Below are positions 52,625 through 62,255 of a stretch of DNA of 64,000 nucleotides, in pieces. The stretch comes from Candidatus Dormiibacterota bacterium (GTDB lineage: Bacteria; Chloroflexota; Dormibacteria; Aeolococcales; Aeolococcaceae), in contig PLOF01000107.1 of the NCBI GenBank assembly GCA_003142035.1, positions 31,013-95,012 of the forward strand. The letters are read 5' to 3'. The notes below the pieces were generated by a model. That model made no database searches. It worked only from the letters and a program-made list of their open reading frames with translations, and was not told where the DNA came from. The translations under genes and the position numbers were made by a program. Numbering within the stretch: the first letter of the stretch is position 1; each line of letters opens with the position of its first letter.

Positions 52625-54139
52625 TCAGCTGGCGCAGGTCGTGCCTGCGGCGGGGACATCGCGATCAACCAGATAGGCGTTGACGGCAGTCCGGACGCAA
52701 ACGCTGAACCCGTACGACGTGTGGCCGTAGCCATCCCGGGTCAGCAGCACCGATCCGGCGATCTGTTGCTGGAGGGCGACCGACCAGGCGTAGGGCGTGG
52801 CCGGATCGTGAGTGGCTCCGACCAGCAGGATGGGGGCGACGCCGGTCACGTGCAGCGCTGCCGGCGCCGTCCCGTGGTCCGGCCAGTAGGCGCAGGTGAG
52901 CACCCCGTAGACCTCGTCCTGGCCAAAGTGCGGTTCGTCGGCCTGCACCGACAGAGCCATGGCGTCGTAGCCGGCGAGGTTGTCGGTAACGCTGTGATCG
53001 GCACAGTTGATCGCCACGTTGGCCGGCGTGCTGTGGTCGTAGCCCAAGGGGCCCCTGCCGGTGTAGCTGTCCACCAGCGACTGGAGTGGCGCGACCTGGC
53101 CCTGGGCGGCCTCGGCCAGGGCGGTGTAGAAGCTGCCCCAGGATCCCGGGTCGTACATGGCGGCGACCAGCCCGCCCACGACCGTGCCCCGCCCCACCGT
53201 CCGTCCGCCCGCTGTCTCGACCGGGCCGGTGCTGAGCCGCGCAAGCAGAGCGGTGATCGTCGCTCCGGGGTCCGGCCCCAACGGGCAGGCGGTCTCAGCC
53301 TGGCACTGGCTGACGAATTCGTCGTAGCTCGCCTCGAAGCTCGCCCCCTGCTGGATGGACTGTTCCATGAAGCTGAGAGCCGGGTCGATGTCGCCGTCCA
53401 GGACCATCGCCCGGACATGGGTGGGGAAGAGGCGTGCGTAGGTGGCTCCGAGCGCCGTCCCGTACGAGAACCCCAGGTAGGTGAGCTGCGAGTCGCCGAG
53501 CGCAGCCCGGAGCGCGTCCATGTCGCGGGCGGCGTTGACCGTGCCGACGTAGGGGAGCAGCCACCCGCTGTGGAGGCGGCAGGAAGCGTCAAAGGCCAGC
53601 GTGCTTGCGACCAGGTCCGCTTCCGCGGTCGCGGAGCCTGCCACCAGGGGGTCCAGCCCCACATCGTGGTCCAGGCCGTCGGTGCCCTCGCAGGTGACGG
53701 CGTCTGGTCCGCTCGTACCCCGCGGGTCGAAGCCCACGATGTCGAAGTGCTGGTTGAGGGTGGCGAAGAGTGAATAGGCCTGGTCCACGAACTGGACCCC
53801 GGACTCCCCCGGCCCACCGGGGTTCACGAGCAGGGAGCCGATCCGCTCCGCCGGGTCCGTAGCCGGCACCACCACAACCGAGGTGGGGATGGTGCCCAGG
53901 GACGGGTCAGCGTAGTCGAGGGGCACCCAGAGGGTGTCGCAACGGGCTCCGGGGGGCGGGGTCCCGGTGCAGGCGGCCGGCACCAGTCCCGGTGGGGTGC
54001 TGGAAGGTCCCGAGCCAGCACCAGGAGATGGCGCGGAGCCGGCGCCGGCCCCGGAGGCGAACGATGCCGGCCCTCCGGCGAGCAGGAGGAGGGCGGTGGC
54101 GCCGAGAGAGGCGAGCCACCGGCGAGGCTCCGTGCGCAT
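52625..54139 (-). CDS. secreted alpha/beta-hydrolase, S33-family tripeptidyl aminopeptidase-like
   Basis: From MRTEPRRWLASLGATALLLLAGG (signal peptide). Nucleophile elbow GFSYGT with a Streptomyces TAP-like pattern. The 1030-aa ORF in the track is this gene plus an antisense shadow of the AAA gene. Confidence 0.7.
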   Translation of the reverse strand: MRTEPRRWLASLGATALLLLAGGPASFASGAGAGSAPSPGAGSGPSSTPPGLVPAACTGTPPPGARCDTLWVPLDYADPSLGTIPTSVVVVPATDPAERIGSLLVNPGGPGESGVQFVDQAYSLFATLNQHFDIVGFDPRGTSGPDAVTCEGTDGLDHDVGLDPLVAGSATAEADLVASTLAFDASCRLHSGWLLPYVGTVNAARDMDALRAALGDSQLTYLGFSYGTALGATYARLFPTHVRAMVLDGDIDPALSFMEQSIQQGASFEASYDEFVSQCQAETACPLGPDPGATITALLARLSTGPVETAGGRTVGRGTVVGGLVAAMYDPGSWGSFYTALAEAAQGQVAPLQSLVDSYTGRGPLGYDHSTPANVAINCADHSVTDNLAGYDAMALSVQADEPHFGQDEVYGVLTCAYWPDHGTAPAALHVTGVAPILLVGATHDPATPYAWSVALQQQIAGSVLLTRDGYGHTSYGFSVCVRTAVNAYLVDRDVPAAGTTCAS

Positions 54140-54187
54140 CCCCCAACAGTATTCGCAACGAGTACCGGCTGGCGGTGCTGGCACGCG

Positions 54188-55603
54188 GTGTACGCTGAAC
54201 GGGCCGTGAGCCCAGCCCACACCCTCGGCGAGCTTCGCCGTGCCGAGTACCGCGTGCAGCCGATCAAGTCGGAGCTTCGGCGCAACCTGATCCGGAAGCT
54301 CCGCAGCGGGGAGCGGCTCTTCCCTGGGATCGTCGGCTACGACGATTCCGTCATCCCACAGGTGGAGAACGCCCTTCTCGCCGGTCAGGACATCGTCCTC
54401 CTGGGCGAGCGCGGCCAGGCCAAGTCGCGGCTGATCCGCTCCCTCACCTCGCTGCTCGACCAGGCCGTGCCCGCCATCGCCGGCTGCGAGATCAATGACG
54501 ACCCCTACGCGCCCATCTGCCGGCGCTGCCGCGACCTGGTGACGGAGCAGGGGGAGGAGACGCCCATCACCTGGTTGGGGCCCGAGGACCGCTACGGGGA
54601 GAAGCTGGCCACCCCCGACACCTCGATCGCCGACCTCATCGGCGAGGTGGATCCGATCCGGGTGGCGGAGGGCCGCTACCTCTCGGATGAGCTGGTCATC
54701 CACTACGGGCTGGTGCCCCGCACCAACCGGGGCATCTTCGCCATCAACGAGCTGCCCGACCTCGCTGAGCGCATTCAGGTGGGGCTGCTCAACATCATCG
54801 AGGAGCGCGACGTCCAGATCCGCGGCTTCAGGATCCGGTTGCCGCTCGACGTCCTCGTGGTCGCCACCGCCAACCCCGAGGACTACACCAACCGCGGCCG
54901 CATCATCACCCCGCTCAAGGACCGCTTTGGCGCTCAGGTGCGCACCCACTACCCGCGCACCGTCGAGGACGAGATCGCGATCGCAGAGCAGGAGCGGGTG
55001 ATCTTCGACGACTCGCCCGTCCCGGTCCACATGCCCCAGTACATGAAGGAGATCGCGGTCGAGATCACCCACCTCGCCCGGCGGCATCCCCAGATCAACC
55101 AGCGCAGCGGGGTCTCGGTCCGTGTCACCACCGCCAACTACGAGAGCCTGGTCAGCAGCGCCCTGCGCCGTGCCCTCATCACCGGGGAGAAGGAGGCCGT
55201 GGCGCGGGTCAGCGACCTGGCCGCGGTCACCGCATCCACCTCCGGTAAGGTCGAGCTGGACACGCTGGATGACAGCGACAACGGCCAGGTTTTGGACAAG
55301 ATCGTCCGCAACGCGTGCAGCAACGTCTTTCGCCGCCACTTCTCCGGGACCGAGCTCGCCGACCTCGTCCAGCGTTTCGACCAGGGCGGCTTCACCGTCG
55401 AGGTCGGGCCCCTGATGACGGCGGCGTCCTATGGCCATGCCATCAGCGAGCTGCCCGGCCTCGATCCGGCACGCCAGAAGCTCGAGGAGCCGGACACGCC
55501 GCAGTCGATGGCGGCGGTGCTGGAGTTCGTCCTCGAGGGCCTGCACCTCGGCAAGCGGCTCAACAAGACGGCTCTGGACAGCACATCGGTCTACGGCGGC
55601 TGA
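54188..55603 (+). CDS. AAA+ ATPase, magnesium-chelatase ChlI-like
   Basis: Walker A LLGERGQAKS and Walker B/sensor VLVVATANPEDYTNRGRIITPLKDRFG (ChlI: NPEEG..LLDRFG). About 130 aa of extra C-terminus. 471 aa. Confidence 0.7.
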   Translation: MYAERAVSPAHTLGELRRAEYRVQPIKSELRRNLIRKLRSGERLFPGIVGYDDSVIPQVENALLAGQDIVLLGERGQAKSRLIRSLTSLLDQAVPAIAGCEINDDPYAPICRRCRDLVTEQGEETPITWLGPEDRYGEKLATPDTSIADLIGEVDPIRVAEGRYLSDELVIHYGLVPRTNRGIFAINELPDLAERIQVGLLNIIEERDVQIRGFRIRLPLDVLVVATANPEDYTNRGRIITPLKDRFGAQVRTHYPRTVEDEIAIAEQERVIFDDSPVPVHMPQYMKEIAVEITHLARRHPQINQRSGVSVRVTTANYESLVSSALRRALITGEKEAVARVSDLAAVTASTSGKVELDTLDDSDNGQVLDKIVRNACSNVFRRHFSGTELADLVQRFDQGGFTVEVGPLMTAASYGHAISELPGLDPARQKLEEPDTPQSMAAVLEFVLEGLHLGKRLNKTALDSTSVYGG

Positions 55604-55612
55604 GGCTCGGAG

Positions 55613-57688
55613 ATGGCGGTGCCCCGGCATCGGTTCTCCGCCTGGGACGGCTCTCAGGACCCGCTCGGGTCGGATGTCGAGGCGCTCTTCGACCGTCTGA
55701 GTGAGGACCTCTTCCACGGCTGGGACTTCGAGTCGGCGCTCCGGCGGCTGCTGGAGAAGGGCTGGCGGGATGGGCGGGGCAAGCGCCTCGCCGGGATGGA
55801 CGAGATGCTCGACAAGCTGAGCCGGCGGCGGCAGACACAGCTGGAGCGCTTCAACCTCGACTCGGTATTCGAGGACATGCGGGAGAAGCTCGATCGGGTG
55901 ATCTCCCAGGAGCGCCGGGGCATCCAGGAGCGGCTCGATCAGGCTCCCGGTGAGGGGCGCCGCGTGCTGGAGCGCGTCGCCGAGCAGCGGAGCCGGCAGC
56001 TCAATGAGCTCCCGGCCGAGCCTGGTGGTGCCATCCGGGGCCTCCGCGACTACGAGTTCATGGACAGCCGGGCTGAGGCCGCCTTCCAGCGCCTCCTCGA
56101 CGAGATCCGGCGCAACGTCGTGGACTCCTACTTCAAGGAGATGACCCAGTCGATGCAGGCGATGACCGGCGAGGAGATGTCCGGGCTCCGCGAGATGGCC
56201 AGGGACCTGAACGCGCTGCTGCGCCGCAAGCTCGACGGTGCCTCCGAGCCCGAGCTGCAGCGCGGCTACGAGGCCTTTCTCCAGCGTTGGGGTGGGCTGT
56301 TCCCCAACGCACCCGCCGGCTTCGAGGACTTCGTCGGCCAGTTGATGAGCCAGATGGCGCGCATGGACTCGCTGCTCCAGTCCCTCTCCCCCGAGATGCG
56401 GGCGGAGATGGAGTCGGTGATCGGGTCCGTCTTCAACGATCCCGAGCTCCAGGACACTCTCGCCGAGCTGGCCGGCACTCTCGACCAGCTCTCACCCCGG
56501 GCCCGGCTGGGCAGCCGCCATCGCTTCTTCGGCGAGCAGGACGTCTCCCTCGAGGAGGCGATGGGCCTGATGGACCGGCTCCAGTCGATCGAGGAGGCGG
56601 AGGGTGACCTCCGCGGGGTGCTACGCGGCGAGGGGCTCGATGAGCAGGCGCTGGCGCGGCTCCGCCAGCTACTCGGAGATGACGCCGCGCGGAGCCTCGG
56701 CGAGATGCGGCAGCTCATGGAGGAGCTGGAGGGCCGCGGACTGGTCGAGCTCGGCCCGGAGGGGACGCGGCTCACGGCGCGGGGGATGCGCAAGATCGGC
56801 CAGAAGGCGCTCGGAGACCTCTTTGCCCGGCTGCGCCGGGATCGCTTCGGGGAGCACGACCTCACCCGCCTCGGGCACGGCGGTGACCGGGGGGACGACA
56901 GCAAGGGCTACGAGTTCGGCGACCCCTTTGACCTGGACGTCCAGAGGACGGTGATGAACGCGGTGACCCGGGAGGCCGAGGGCGCGCGCCAGGGCCCCAC
57001 CGGCCCCCTGCCCGGGAGGGATGGCCGCGGCGTCGCGCCGCGCGCGAGCTCGAGGCGGGTACCGCGCCTGCACCCGGAGGACTTCGAGATCCACCAGACG
57101 GAGTCGCTGACCCGCAGCGCCACCGTGCTGATGCTCGACATGAGCCGCTCCATGCCGCTCCGCGGCTACTTCTACGCCGCCAAGAAGATGGCTCTGGCTC
57201 TCGACACCCTGATCCGGAGCCAGTATCCGCGCGACGCGCTCACGGTTGTGGGGTTCAGCGACCTGGCTCGAGTGGTCCCCTCCAGCGCCCTCCCTCAGCT
57301 CACGGTCAACGAGTACGTCTACGGGACCAACTTCCAGCACGCCCTGATGCTGGCGCGGCGAATCCTCGGCCGCAGCCACGCCGAGAACAAGCAGGTGATC
57401 ATCGTGAGCGACGGCGAGCCCACCGCCCACATGGAGGGTGGGCGCCCCGTCTTCTCCTATCCGCCGCTGCCCGAGACCCTCGTCAAGACACTGATCGAGG
57501 TGCGCCGCTGCACCCTGGAGCGGATCGTCATCAACACGTTCATGCTGGAGTCGAACCGCCAGCTGGTGCGGTTCGTCGACCAGATGACCCGGCTCAATCG
57601 CGGTCGTGCGTTCTTCGTCAGCCCCGAGAGCCTCGGCGACTACGTGCTCGTGGACTACGTCCGATCGAGGCCCCGGGCGGCCGCGTGA
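55613..57688 (+). CDS. VWA domain protein (ChlD/CoxE-like partner of the AAA+ ATPase)
   Basis: C-terminal VWA with MIDAS LMLDMSRSM. A long coiled-coil-rich acidic N-terminal region. Starts 10 nt after the AAA gene. 691 aa. Confidence 0.7.
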   Translation: MAVPRHRFSAWDGSQDPLGSDVEALFDRLSEDLFHGWDFESALRRLLEKGWRDGRGKRLAGMDEMLDKLSRRRQTQLERFNLDSVFEDMREKLDRVISQERRGIQERLDQAPGEGRRVLERVAEQRSRQLNELPAEPGGAIRGLRDYEFMDSRAEAAFQRLLDEIRRNVVDSYFKEMTQSMQAMTGEEMSGLREMARDLNALLRRKLDGASEPELQRGYEAFLQRWGGLFPNAPAGFEDFVGQLMSQMARMDSLLQSLSPEMRAEMESVIGSVFNDPELQDTLAELAGTLDQLSPRARLGSRHRFFGEQDVSLEEAMGLMDRLQSIEEAEGDLRGVLRGEGLDEQALARLRQLLGDDAARSLGEMRQLMEELEGRGLVELGPEGTRLTARGMRKIGQKALGDLFARLRRDRFGEHDLTRLGHGGDRGDDSKGYEFGDPFDLDVQRTVMNAVTREAEGARQGPTGPLPGRDGRGVAPRASSRRVPRLHPEDFEIHQTESLTRSATVLMLDMSRSMPLRGYFYAAKKMALALDTLIRSQYPRDALTVVGFSDLARVVPSSALPQLTVNEYVYGTNFQHALMLARRILGRSHAENKQVIIVSDGEPTAHMEGGRPVFSYPPLPETLVKTLIEVRRCTLERIVINTFMLESNRQLVRFVDQMTRLNRGRAFFVSPESLGDYVLVDYVRSRPRAAA

Positions 57689-57743
57689 GCCGAGATGCTT
57701 CCGACTTGACGCCGGGCCTCGTGGTAAGGTACCTTGACAAGCC

Positions 57744-58571
57744 ATGAGCCTAAGCCCGGCCCCGCCAAGCCCTCCCGCGCCGCCTGACCACCCCCTGCCG
57801 CCCGACCCTCCCCCCATGCCGCCGCCGCCCCCCGCCGTGGCCGCCGTGTCGATCGCGGCCCGCACCGTGGACGCGGTCAAGGTGTACGGCCGCGGCGACA
57901 CTGCGGTCCGGGCGCTGGACGGGATCACCGTCGACTTCATCGCCCACAGGTTCACCGCGATCATGGGTGCCTCGGGATCGGGCAAGTCGACCCTCCTCCA
58001 CTGCCTTGCCGGGCTCGACCGGCTCACCTCCGGTGAGACCTTCATCGGTGGGTACGAGCTCGGCCGGCTGAGTGATCGCCAGCTCACCCTGCTCCGCCGG
58101 GAGAAGGTGGGGTTCATCTTCCAGGCCCTCAACCTCGTGCCCACGCTCAATGCGCTGGAGAACATCCTTCTGCCCCTGACCATCGCGGGTCGCAAACCGG
58201 ACCCGGGCGTGGTGGACGGGGTGGTGCAGATCACCGGCATCGGGGACCGTCTCCGGCACCGTCCGAGTGAGCTCTCCGGCGGTCAGCAGCAGCGGGTGGC
58301 GGCCGCTCGCGCACTGGTGAGCCGCCCCGAGATCATCTTTGCCGACGAGCCCACGGGAAACCTGGACTCCAAGGCCGGCGGCGAGCTGCTCGGCTTCCTG
58401 CGCAAGGCTGTCGACGACCTCGGACAGACCATCGTGATGGTAACCCACGACCCCTTCGCCGCCTCCCACACGGACCGGGTGGTTTTCCTGGCTGACGGCC
58501 GCGTGGTGCGGGAGATGCCGTCCCCCACCACCGACTCGATCCTGGCGGTCGTGCGCCACCTCGGCGAATGA
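57744..58571 (+). CDS. ABC transporter ATP-binding protein (MacB/FtsE-like) with Pro-rich N-terminal extension
   Basis: Walker A GASGSGKST, signature LSGGQQQRV, Walker B IIFADEPT. The first about 25 aa are PAPPSPPAPPDHPLPPDPPPMPPPPP. Confidence 0.85.
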   Translation: MSLSPAPPSPPAPPDHPLPPDPPPMPPPPPAVAAVSIAARTVDAVKVYGRGDTAVRALDGITVDFIAHRFTAIMGASGSGKSTLLHCLAGLDRLTSGETFIGGYELGRLSDRQLTLLRREKVGFIFQALNLVPTLNALENILLPLTIAGRKPDPGVVDGVVQITGIGDRLRHRPSELSGGQQQRVAAARALVSRPEIIFADEPTGNLDSKAGGELLGFLRKAVDDLGQTIVMVTHDPFAASHTDRVVFLADGRVVREMPSPTTDSILAVVRHLGE

Positions 58572-58602
58572 GGCCGGTAGCGGCGCCTGGAGCCGCGATC
58601 TG

Positions 58603-61143
58603 ATGTTCAAGGTCAGCCTGCGCAGCCTCCTGAGCCACAAGTTGCGGCTCGTTCTGACCGCGATCTCCATCATCCTGGGCGTCACCTTCGTCTCCGGCAC
58701 CCTGGTCCTCACCGACACCATCCGGAGCACCTTCGAGGGCGTGCTGAGCAACGTCGACAAGGGTGTTGCCGTCCAGGTGAAGGGCCCGGTGCCCGCCACC
58801 GCCTCCCAGCGCCTCCTGGGCTCGTCGCTGCCGCTTCCCGAATCCGTGCTCGCCAAGGTGCGCAAGGTGTCTGGGGTGGCGGACGCCGTGGGCACGGTCG
58901 AACGCTCCGGGGTTTCCCTGCTCAACAACGGGCAGGTGGTCGGCGGCACCGGCCAGCGGGCGCTGCTCGGACTCAACTGGACCTCCGACCCCCAGCTCAC
59001 CACCTTTGAGCTCACGTCCGGGACCGCTCCCCGAGCCGCCGACGACGTGGTCATCAACGCTCGCACCGCAACCGACGGCCACCTGGTGGTCGGCCAGCAG
59101 ATCCAGGTCAGCTTCGAGGCCTCCGCCGCTCAGACCTTCGTGATCAGCGGCATCGCTACCTTTGGTGGCCAGAGCAGCATCGCCAGTGAGGGCTTTGCCC
59201 TCTTCACCCTGCCCACCGCCGAGACCCTGCTCGAGGCCAACAGCACCTTCGACGTCATCGATGTGAGCGCCCAGTCCGGGGTCACCGACCTCCAGCTTCG
59301 CGACCGGGTGGCCACCGCCTTGAACGGGACCTCGGTCCAGGTCCAGACCGGAGCGCAGGCGGCCTCTCAGACCGAGCAGAACGCGGTCACTGAGATCAAC
59401 GAGTTCATCGGCACCCCGCTGCTCGTCTTCGCCTTCATCGCCGTCTTCGTCGGAAGCTTCCTGATCGCCAACACCTTCAGCATCCTGGTCGCCCAGAGGA
59501 CTCAGGAGCTCGCCCTGCTGCGTGCCCTGGGGGCGACCCGCGGCCAGGTCTTCACCGAGGTCATCACCGAGGCGACGCTGACCGGCATCTTCGCCTCGCT
59601 GGTCGGCTTCCTCGTCGGCATCGTGGTCGCCGATGGGCTGATCCACATCTTCAGCTCGTCCGCCAAGCTGAGCGTCCAGCTCAACGCCCTGATCGTGTCG
59701 CTCCTCGTCGGCACCATCATCACCGTGATCGCCGCGGTGGCGCCGGCGCGCCGGGCGACCCGGATCGCCCCCGTGGCCGCCCTGCGCCAGGCTCAGCCCG
59801 AGATCCAGGGGCTGCCCCGGACCCGGATCGGCGCGGGCCTCGTGCTCTTCCTCGGCGGGACCGCGGGACTCCTGCAGAGCCTCTTCACCGCGAGTGCCTC
59901 CGCCGGCCCCAACCTCGAGGTGCTGGGGCTGTCGGTGCTGGCCATCTTCCTGGGAACGGCCCTGCTCGCGCCCATCCTGGTCCGCCCGGTGGCGACCGTT
60001 CTGGGGTGGCCGGTCCGGCTGAGGGGTGCGCCCGGCCGGCTGGCCGGGGAGAACGCACGTCGCAACCCGCGCCGCACCGCGCTGACCTCGGCCGCGCTGA
60101 TGATCGGCCTCGCCCTGGTCACGGCGGTGGCGGTCATCACCGCCTCCGTGGAGGCGAGCATCAACCAGTCGATCGACGGCACGGTCCGAGCCCAGCTGGT
60201 GGTGCTCGACGAGGGAAGCGGCGGCTTCAGCCCGGAGGTCGCCACCACGCTCCGCCAGGATCCGAAGCTCGCCGACATCTCCGAGATCAGGGGCACCGAT
60301 GTCCTGGTCGGCGACATAGCGACCGGTGTCACCGGCTTCGACACCGGCAACGTCGGGAAGGTGCTGACCTTCAGCATGACCGCGGGCTCCGCCGCGAGCA
60401 TCGCCACCACCAACACGACCCTCGTGGACTCCACCGAGGCGGCGAGCGAGAACATCCACGTCGGCAGCGTGCTCACCATGACATTCGCCAACGGGGACAA
60501 GGTGAATATGAGCGTCGGCGGCATCTACACGCCGGACGCCCTCATCAGCGGCTACCTGGTCTCCCTCACCACCTTGAGCCCCCACGTCACCACGGCGCGC
60601 GACGCGGACATCGCCCTGAACCCGGCACCGGGCGTATCACTCCCCACCGCGCAAGCCTCCCTGCTCAACGATCTGAGGGCGTATCCGCAGCTGAGCGGCC
60701 TCACCCGGACGCAGTACAAGAATCTGATCTCTGCAGGGCTGAACACCTTCCTCAATCTGATCTACGTCCTGCTGGGTCTGGCGATCTTCATCGCCGTCGT
60801 TGGCATCGTCAACACGCTTGCGCTGAGCGTCCTGGAGCGAACCCGGGAACTGGGGCTGCTCCGGGCCGTGGGGATGACCCGCGGCCAGACCAGGGAGATG
60901 GTGGCCTGGGAGTCCGTCATCATCGCCCTGCTCGGCGCCGTTCTCGGCCTGGCGGTCGGCTGCGGGCTGGGCATCGCGCTCGTCAGCGCGCTCCACAGCG
61001 ACGGGATCAGTCAGACCGCCGTTCCGGGCAACAACCTGATCCTCTACGCGGTCGCCGCCGGCCTCTTCGGGATCGTCGCCGCCATCTTCCCGGCGATCCG
61101 CGCGTCGCGGGTGGACGTCCTCCGCGCCGTCACCACCGAGTAG
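58603..61143 (+). CDS. ABC transporter permease, FtsX-like (two FtsX domains, MacB-type)
   Basis: 846 aa with about 10 TM in two 4-TM FtsX modules and large extracytoplasmic domains. Confidence 0.85.
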   Translation: MFKVSLRSLLSHKLRLVLTAISIILGVTFVSGTLVLTDTIRSTFEGVLSNVDKGVAVQVKGPVPATASQRLLGSSLPLPESVLAKVRKVSGVADAVGTVERSGVSLLNNGQVVGGTGQRALLGLNWTSDPQLTTFELTSGTAPRAADDVVINARTATDGHLVVGQQIQVSFEASAAQTFVISGIATFGGQSSIASEGFALFTLPTAETLLEANSTFDVIDVSAQSGVTDLQLRDRVATALNGTSVQVQTGAQAASQTEQNAVTEINEFIGTPLLVFAFIAVFVGSFLIANTFSILVAQRTQELALLRALGATRGQVFTEVITEATLTGIFASLVGFLVGIVVADGLIHIFSSSAKLSVQLNALIVSLLVGTIITVIAAVAPARRATRIAPVAALRQAQPEIQGLPRTRIGAGLVLFLGGTAGLLQSLFTASASAGPNLEVLGLSVLAIFLGTALLAPILVRPVATVLGWPVRLRGAPGRLAGENARRNPRRTALTSAALMIGLALVTAVAVITASVEASINQSIDGTVRAQLVVLDEGSGGFSPEVATTLRQDPKLADISEIRGTDVLVGDIATGVTGFDTGNVGKVLTFSMTAGSAASIATTNTTLVDSTEAASENIHVGSVLTMTFANGDKVNMSVGGIYTPDALISGYLVSLTTLSPHVTTARDADIALNPAPGVSLPTAQASLLNDLRAYPQLSGLTRTQYKNLISAGLNTFLNLIYVLLGLAIFIAVVGIVNTLALSVLERTRELGLLRAVGMTRGQTREMVAWESVIIALLGAVLGLAVGCGLGIALVSALHSDGISQTAVPGNNLILYAVAAGLFGIVAAIFPAIRASRVDVLRAVTTE

Positions 61144-61169
61144 CGGGCGGACTGCGGCAGACTGTCCTC

Positions 61170-61829
61170 ATGCCCGACCCGGCCGACCGTCAGGCGTTCG
61201 CCGAGCGCAACCGGCGCCAGCCCAGCCCGAGGGCCCCTGACGTGAGCCCGAGCCGGCTCCTCTGGTGCGTCCGCGGGGTCCGCTACCTGGACGGCCTGAG
61301 CCGGGCGGCCGAGCTGACCACCCGGCCCCTCGGTGCGGAGATGGTCGCCTTCCTTGCGGAGACCATGCCGGGCTCGCTGATGCGCGGGGTCCCGGCGGCC
61401 GACCTCGCCGCCGCTGGGCTGGACGATGCAGCCGCTCGCGCCCACGCCGACGCCAACACGCAGGCTCGTTTCGCCTCGCTCCCGGAGCGGATTCGCGCCG
61501 CGGACCGCATCCCCGCCGACGGCTGGAGGCTGGGCAGCGACAGCCTCTTCCAGGGGAGTGTCCTCCTGGTCGCCGAGGTCCTGGCCGCCTTCGCCGAACG
61601 TTCTGGAGGCGATGTGCTCCTGGCGCTGCCCGATCGCTCCGAGGTGCTCGCCGTCCCTGCCGGGTTACCCAGCGCGGACCGCTTCCGGATGCGTGTGGTG
61701 CGGGCCTGGCGGGAGGCGATGAACCCGGTCTCCCGGGGCATCCTGGTCACCGATGGCGTCTGCCTCCGCGACCTGGAGGCGGCGCCGCGCAAGGACGGCT
61801 TCGAGCTGCTCGGCTGGCTGCGCCGCTGA
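61170..61829 (+). CDS. hypothetical protein (219 aa), probably co-transcribed with the ABC transporter
   Basis: Starts 26 nt after the permease stop. Strong third-position GC bias. No recognisable motif. A long ORF in another frame (60006..61829) is antisense/shadow. Confidence 0.45.
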   Translation: MPDPADRQAFAERNRRQPSPRAPDVSPSRLLWCVRGVRYLDGLSRAAELTTRPLGAEMVAFLAETMPGSLMRGVPAADLAAAGLDDAAARAHADANTQARFASLPERIRAADRIPADGWRLGSDSLFQGSVLLVAEVLAAFAERSGGDVLLALPDRSEVLAVPAGLPSADRFRMRVVRAWREAMNPVSRGILVTDGVCLRDLEAAPRKDGFELLGWLRR

Positions 61830-61841
61830 CCGGAGGACGGG

Positions 61842-62229
61842 TCAGTCGCGGGCGGGGCGGTCGCTGTGGGAGGAGGTCGGGAGCGCGGCCACCGGCCGTG
61901 CCGCCAGCCGCCGCCGGTCCTGCTCTCGCTGTGCCGCCAGGGTGGAGGCGGCGGCGACCGCGGCCGCCCCGATCAGGGTGATGCCCACCCCCGCGGCCGT
62001 CCTCCAGGGGGAGCGGGAGATGCCGGGAACCGGCAGCGAGGGCCCTTCGCCCAGCCAGACCGTGATCGCCATCTGGTCCGCCGACTCGCCGCCACGTCGG
62101 GCGCTCGTCCTCTCCAGACGCACTGCGGCGGGGGCCAGGGGGTGGCGATCGCCGCGCGACAGTCCTGCGCTCTTGACGACGGCCTTGACCAGCGGCGACG
62201 AGATGGCGCTTATCTGGTCCAGCGTTGCC
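61842..62229 (-). CDS. possible small membrane-anchored protein (about 128 aa)
   Basis: From MATLDQISAISSPLVKAVVKSAG... with a C-terminal TM GVGITLIGAAAVAAASTLAA. The rest of the 375-aa ORF 61842..62969 is antisense to the next gene and is rejected. Confidence 0.25.
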
Positions 62230-62255
62230 ATGCCTCGACAGGATACCGTTCGGGC

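Noticed and set aside
52625-55717. Single 1030-aa minus-strand ORF
   Set aside because: - Only the C-terminal 505 aa (from MRTEPRR with signal peptide) form the S33 hydrolase.
- The N-terminal half is antisense to the ChlI-like AAA+ gene and has shadow-frame composition.
57706-57739. Two TTGACR boxes and TAAGGT upstream of the ABC ATPase as a sigma-70 promoter
   Set aside because: - Spacing to any -10-like hexamer is 11-13 nt, not 16-18.
- They are left unannotated.
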